A stretch of DNA of 64,000 bases from Antechinus flavipes. Lineage: Eukaryota. The stretch lies in the NCBI RefSeq assembly GCF_016432865.1, contig NC_067399.1:515096001-515160000 (forward strand), given 5' to 3'. The notes under the pieces are model-generated. The model was not told the DNA's origin. It made no database searches and saw only the letters and a list, made by a program, of their open reading frames with translations. Positions 57,837 through 64,000 of the stretch are shown one piece after another (position 1 is the stretch's first letter; each line of letters starts with the position of its first letter). The translations under genes were made by a program, and so were the position numbers.

Positions 57837-60800
57837 ATGTTCTACTACCCGAACGTGCTTCAGCGCCACACTGGCTGCTTTGCCACTATCTGGTGAGGGG
57901 TTTGTGGGGGAGGAGGCTGGGAGAGGGGTGGAGGTGGGAAAGAAAGCGGGGACAGACAAGGGAGCAAGACTCTGCCGGCTCTGCCTCTAACCCGCTGCGG
58001 CACCCAGGAAGGTCACTAGTTCTTGAGACCAGTTTCTTCATGTGTTAAGGGAGGCAGCTAGGTGGCGCGGTGGGTAGAGCCCCAGCCCCGAAGTCAGGAG
58101 GACTTGAGTTCAAATCTGCCCTCAGACACTTAACACTTACTGGGACCCTGGGGAAGTCACAACCCCAATCCCCTCAGGGGGAAAAAGAGAAGGGAGCTAG
58201 ACTAAATCCCTTAAGAGGCCTCTCCATCTTGGATACTTTCTGAGCCCTCTCTTCTCCAACCTCCCCACTAGGTTAGTTCATCTGCTTATGCTCTTGGAGT
58301 GACATGTTAGGAGTTAGTAAAGGTGACTGATCTTTCTCTTGTAATCCTGCCAACTCCTAGGCTGGCCGCAACAGGCGGCATGAGGCTAGTGAAACGGGAG
58401 TACCTGAAGGTGGACGTGGTGGAGACATGGTAAGAGCCCCTGAAGTTTAGGAGGTTGGGGGCAGGGGAGAACAGTAGATTAGAGATAAGAACTGTCACTA
58501 CTTGGGGACCAACCGACATTTACCCGAGAACATATACTAATGGCACTGCATCTTCTACCCCTTATCATTATCTCCATTAGTCCCAAATTTATCCTCGGAC
58601 CAACATACTGCAAATATAGTTTAATCAAAACATTAGATTGTGAATCTAAATATAGGAGTTCAAACCCCCTTATATGCCCGAGAAAGTTACAAGAACTGAA
58701 AGGTGGGGGAGGAAAAATAAGGTTTCTTGTTTGGGAACAGAGCGTTAAGGGCTGCAGGCAGGGACACGGCCATTTGGAGATTAACCTGGGAAGATTTGCC
58801 CCCACAGTGAGAAGATCCTGCAGTATATTCTGGTGCAAGTGCAGTCGTCTTTGCCAGGTGTCCCCAGGCCCCGCTTCTCCCTTTACCTCTCTGCCCAGCT
58901 GCAGTTCGGTGTTATTCGTGTCTATTTCCGCCAATGCCAGTATCTTGTGGGTAAGGTGGTGACGGAGGATGGGCACTGATAGTGGACTCAGATCACCGCA
59001 GAGGGTTTGGGGCCGGCTGGGTGGGCTGAGAAAGCTGAAAGGCAAAGGTGCCATGGGAGGAGGACACAGGTGGCCCGGGGAAGGCGAAGTACAGCTTGTC
59101 CAATTCCTTCTCACTTTCTCTGACCCTGACAATTCCACAGAGGATATCCAACATATCCTGGAGCGCCTACACCGAGCCCAGCAGCAGATCCGTATTGACA
59201 TGGTGGATCCCGAGGTGTGAGTACCTGATCCCCATTAAATATTATCACTCCAGGGCTGGATATGTGGAACTCCTCCCATCCCAACTCTTAGCCCTGATTC
59301 CTTTCATCTCTCTGCCATCCTCACCTCCGCTAACCACCGTTTTGGTCTTACCCTGGTCCATCCTTTCCCTCCTTATCAACTACTTCTCACAGACCCGCTC
59401 TCCTACTGCCCGACCCCCTGACCACAATGGAGACCTTGGAAGATGCTCCTGACCCCTTCTTTGGAGTGATGGCCATTGACCCTAACCTTCCTAGTCCCCT
59501 GGATATTCCCCAGGTGTGTACAAGACGCCTAGCGCCCCCCAACTAACCTCCTCAATGTCGGTGCTATAGGGTCCTCCTGGTCCTCCTTGGTATAGCCTCT
59601 ATCCTGGATTGCCTCACCTAGCGACTAGTTTTCTATGTGGAACAGATAAGAATCGGTTATTTGGTAGCACACGAAGGTTTGGGATTGGGAGAAAAGGCGC
59701 ATAGGTCAGGGGGCTTTAGTACTTTGTTAAGTACCATGTGGAAAACAGAGCAGGAAGCCCATGACTAACCCGGGTTTGGGCTTTGTCTCAAGGTTCGACA
59801 ACTCTTGGAAGCCCCAACTCCTGAGAGGGTTTCTAAAGAGACCCCTCCTCAGATCTACCGCCAACCTAGGAAGTCAGGTGAGCAGTTCCCTGGTTCCCAT
59901 GGAGCCAGTTAGGTGGCAGAGAATCACCTTTCTGGGAAGGGACATAAGGAAGGCACAGAGGGCTGGGAGACTTATGTTTAGAACCATGAACTCAAGCGAC
60001 ATGGTCTCCTTCTCTCAGACAAATCCCCTGTCACTGTCCTGCTTCCTGAAACCATCACCCTTCAGGAGGCAGAGCCGATCCGTGTGCTGCACATTGAGGT
60101 GAGCAGGATTCTGGAACTGGGGACTAGAAATGGAGGGCAGGCATCTCCCTTCCCTGGACTTGAGCGGATAGGCACAGGCTCCTGAATTCCAGGCACTCTT
60201 CCTCCCCGTTCTCCTTTTCCCCACATCTTCCCACCCAGGAATGGGCCGTTTGTAGTTCTAACTTGGACCTAGTCCCGCTTGTCTGCTTGGCTCTCCTTTT
60301 CCTGCAAATGAGAAAGCGGGCATTCATTCTCTATCTCCACAGGGTGAACAGGACCTACCAGAAATCTCCCATCATGACCTGGATCTGCTGATGGCTGCAG
60401 AGGACGAAGCTATTTTGTCTGAGGAAAAGGCCAAGATCTACCCTCCTCAGGAGCAGCTTGAGACGCGAATATCTCATGTCCCAGATGGTCAGCCCTCCGG
60501 CAGGGATAGGCTTGGAGCAGGACAGTCTTAATTGACTTTAGGAGGGAGGAAACAGCACTTAGGAATCCTTCCTTAGCTGATGCAAAGGAAATCATCCCCT
60601 CCCCTCCCCTTCTTGTCTCTCTCAGCTGGAGAGTCGATGGAAGTTTCCCGGGTCCCCGAGCAGGAAATCACTCCTAGGGTATCACCCCCACCTCAGTCAA
60701 GGTAAGCAGACCAGCCACTTCAAGAGCTGAGTGAAGGTGGGGATGGGTGGAGTTCAGAGCTGCAGGGTCCACTTCTAAGCCTTGCCTCCAGGATCCAGGA

Positions 60801-63159
60801 GGTGGCAGAGCCCCTCTTAGAGAAGGAACTAATCCCTGAAGAATCTGAGTCACTGATTCCAGAAGCTGGTCCTCCACACTTGGGTGAGGAACCCTCCCTG
60901 TCTTTTCACTACCTCTCAGTTCCCCCCCAAATTTAATATTTTACTGCCTTACCTCTTTGGGGAAGTCCATTTTTCCAGATGCTTAGAACACTTAATAGTT
61001 CCAGCTCTATCTACATATCAGGGAGTTGGGATGGAGCTTAGTATTCTAGGAGTGGGCAAGGTTTGGGGGCAAAACCACAACTCCTATGTTGCTCTTGGCA
61101 GAAGAGATCCCAACTACAGAACTACTTCTGCCTGGGATGCCCAGCCCTTTGAGACCTCCAGTTCATGTCCCCAGCAGCCCTGAAGTAAGTATTACCTATG
61201 CCCCTCTCTTTCCCCACTGGTTCAGCCTCCTTTAACTTTTCGAGCTTTTAAGTCTTGGATGAATCTGGATCAGGCTAGTAGGTAAACTACAAGGCCCCGT
61301 TTTCTGAAACAGCTGATTCTCCCTGAGCTGTCCCCACCTCAGCCTCCACCCTCCCGCCGCCCTCACCGGTTGCAGCTGTATGATGAGGAGACCCAGATTA
61401 CTCGAGAGGAATTCCAAAAACAAGTCCTACAAACCCAGGCCCACACCAGAGCTTGTGTGAGTACAGGGAAAAACTACTGTTGGACTATAAGAGTGGGCAG
61501 TCATGGGACTGCAGGGCTTTAATGTGACAAAAGAAGGGGGCAATAATTTATGATCCAAGAGAGGAGACAACACAGAGCTACTTCCAGTTCCTAGCCAAAT
61601 GATACAGTGCAGCTGGCAACACGAAGACTCTCTCTGTGATAAACCTAAACACCCAAAGACAGTGTGGGCAGACAAGATTTGAACCAGAGAATGGGGGTAC
61701 AGATGACATCTCTGGCACTTAACAACCAGTCTGGGCTTAAATTTTCAATAAGGAGATTAGATCAGATGATGCAGGCCCTTTCAGCTTTAAAGCTATGACC
61801 TTCCTTTCTCTTCAATGTAGCCAATGGTCCAGCCTTCCAGTCAGATGAAGAGTCCATCAGAGCTGCTAAGAACTCCAGTTTACCGTAAGAGGGGTGGAAT
61901 AGGGTTGGGGGATGCTAGAAGTAGCGAATGAATGTAGAGTTCTAACTCCACCTTACACATATGTGCAACCTAGACCTTAATCCTTTTGCTCCCAGGATGC
62001 AATTTTCTACCCAACCTCTCCTTTGTCCCCAGCTGGATGGCTACACCCAGAACTACTTAGTCTCTGGACTCGCTGTGCCCGGGTCCCCCCAAAGGAGCTC
62101 CGATATCGGCGACCCCAAGAACCAGAGTCTGTAATTGAGCAATTAGAGGAAAGGCGAAAGGCTGAGACTATCAGTGAAATCGAGGTGCCTGGTCAATTCC
62201 ACTCAATGAATCGATCCCTCCAAATCCTAGTTTACCTTAATTCAAATCTTTGGGGTTTGAATTACAGCAAAGGCCCAGCGCACTACACCAAAGTAGAGAC
62301 TCCAACTTAGCAAACCTCTTGGAAATATTCATCACTGCCCCTTCTCCCTCTCCCTTAGATTCTTCGAGATATACAAGAGCCCAGCGGTCCCCTATTACAG
62401 TCTTCAGGTAAATCTTGGGAGAATATGAGTAGAAATGATAACATGAAGGGTTAGACCCTCTCAGACCATTTTCTCCACAACAGAACTCTCCTTGGAGACT
62501 ACTGAGGAAGAGCGATCCCGTCTCAGTTTCATTCCTCCTGAAGAGAGGTGGTAAGGGACAAAGATATTAAGGGAAGAAAGCTTGGTGAGAGGGAAGTGTT
62601 TTTCTGTTGCCACTATGACCACCACCTCACGGGTGACATCTGTGTCCTCCAAGGGGCTTAGGTGAGGTTGAAGTGGAGGTGCCTGTGCTGCCTGTGGTCC
62701 CTGAACTACCAGAAGTGCCTGAACTCCCCTTGCAGCTGGTCCCAGATGAGCAACTTCTCTCCCCAGAGGCCTTGCAAAGGTATTGATGGGAACAGGGAGA
62801 AGAGAGGACGATGGGGTCTAGAGGTAGCCCAAAGTACACTGAACTTGGCATTTCTTGGCCTGGGCAGGGCTATCACAGTGGAGTTACAGGCTTCCGGACA
62901 AATAGACTTCAACAACCTCATTCCTCCCTTTGCCCCTCGTTTGGCGGCTGCTCGGGCCTTCTACTTGCTTCTTGGTAAGCCAAGGATAGTGGATGGGTGG
63001 GCAGACGGAGCACAGTGCTTGGCCCAGACTTCCCTTACCACAGTCTATCCACTCTATCCCCTTTCAGTGCTGTCTACACAGCAGGTTGTGTATGTGGAGC
63101 AAGAAGAACCCTATGGCAGTCTCCTCATCCGGCCAGGGCCTGGGAACCACCGCCATTAG
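57837..63159 (+). CDS. REC8: Meiotic cohesin kleisin REC8, 608 aa, 19 coding exons
   Basis: Exons 57837-57892, 58361-58429, 58808-58950, 59141-59216, 59393-59513, 59793-59877, 60019-60098, 60343-60487, 60626-60701, 60792-60883, 61102-61184, 61313-61456, 61821-61884, 62033-62184, 62359-62407, 62484-62550, 62654-62779, 62868-62974, 63068-63159 (1827 nt in frame). MFYYPNVLQRHTGCFATIWLAAT, PRFSLYLSAQLQFG, C-terminal winged helix AARAFYLLLVL...QEEPYG. AATAAA at 63261-63266. Central linker exons are less certain. Confidence 0.9.
58054..58189 (+). mobile_element. WSINE1-type SINE in the intron after the first REC8 coding exon
   Basis: A box tggcgcggtgg, B box gagttcaaatc; short TSD aagggag at 58047-58053 and 58190-58196. 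Confidence 0.8.
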
Positions 63160-63470
63160 AGACCCTTCTCTTTGAATGTGGCAGAAGACAACATATTTAC
63201 CTGCTGTATGATAAATCCTATGTTTCCCTGTTACCCACCCACAAGCTACAGTTCATCCAAAATAAATGGACTTTATTCAAATCAGAAGTTAAACCCTTGT
63301 CCGTAAAGTCCAATACAGTAACAGAACCAGCCCCAGGGATGGCTCCCACAAGGCCACTGTCCTGGGGATGGGGATCTTTGGCAGGCACCCAGATGGAGCC
63401 AAGGCAGTAAACAGTTCCCCCTGGGAAGGACAGCTTTCCCTTTTTGATCCAGGAGGTCACTTTCCAGGCC

Positions 63471-64000
63471 CTAGGTAGGGCTGAGCGCAGCCTGAAGTTC
63501 CTGGGCTTTGTCAGGGGACAGAGAGCACAGTGCTTCCTGGAATTTGTCTCTGTGCTGCTGGGCCAAATGAGTCAGGAGCAGCAGCAAGGCAGCCTTGGTT
63601 TCTGGGAGTGGACAAGGAGAGTGCAGGTCACTAAGAAGGACAATAGGCATGATTCACCATAATCATTTTCCCACCTAACCAACCTACAGTCCCCCCTCCT
63701 CCAAGTTAACTCTACTCACCCTGTGGGACTTTGCTGGCACTTAGAGTAATACTGCATAGTTTAAGGATCTCAGGAGCAACTTCAACCACCTGAAAGGAAA
63801 TTGGGGGAGGAATTAGGTTACAGTAACTCCTATAACTCCTGCCTCCCTGCCCTTCCCCCCAGTATACAAAGAGACCAAGAATGGGGTGAGAGAACCAGAA
63901 CTAAGGTTCCAAGGCTGGGTACCTGCTCAGGGAAGGTCTGATAAAGGAAATTGAAAAATTTCCCCATAGTAACCCATTCTTCCAAGTCCTCCTTCAGTGG
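63471..64000 (-). CDS. IPO4: Importin-4, last three coding exons (gene continues past the window end)
   Basis: Minus-strand exons >64000-63923 (PLKEDLEEWVTMGKFFNFLYQTFPEQ), 63789-63720 (VVEVAPEILKLCS...), 63601-63471 (ETKAALLLLL...DKAQELQAALSPT*). AATAAA (minus) at 63272-63277. Confidence 0.93.

Noticed and set aside
58479-59201. 240-aa minus-strand ORF within REC8
   Set aside because: Antisense to REC8 exons and introns; no motif.

Overview
Vertebrate, intron-containing genomic DNA, syntenic with the human 14q11.2/q12 block. The L1 3' ends, WSINE1-type SINEs and an OC1-type hAT MITE suggest a marsupial, probably a dasyurid (inference). Gene order, reconstructed by hand with GT-AG exons and continuous reading frames: DCAF11(+), FITM1(+), PSME1(+), EMC9(-), a ~14 kb repeat-filled spacer, PSME2(-), RNF31/HOIP(+), IRF9(+), REC8(+), and the last exons of IPO4(-), which runs off the window end. 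Main observations: (1) IRF9 exon 6 has lost its ancestral splice acceptor and carries an in-frame TAA, apparently rescued by an AG 30 nt downstream; (2) the RNF31 3'UTR is almost entirely a ~15 x 40-bp G-rich minisatellite just upstream of the IRF9 GAS/ISRE promoter; (3) the EMC9-PSME2 spacer is built on an old class-I ERV provirus (LTR-gag...env-LTR) invaded by nested L1/SINE insertions; (4) transposon copies around the REC8 promoter look GC-shifted; (5) two gene pairs have overlapping convergent poly(A) sites. Comparisons with human proteins are from memory and need confirming by alignment. No bacterial-type systems, CRISPR arrays, rRNA or true tRNA genes were found, and I see no clear evidence of a wholly new biological system.
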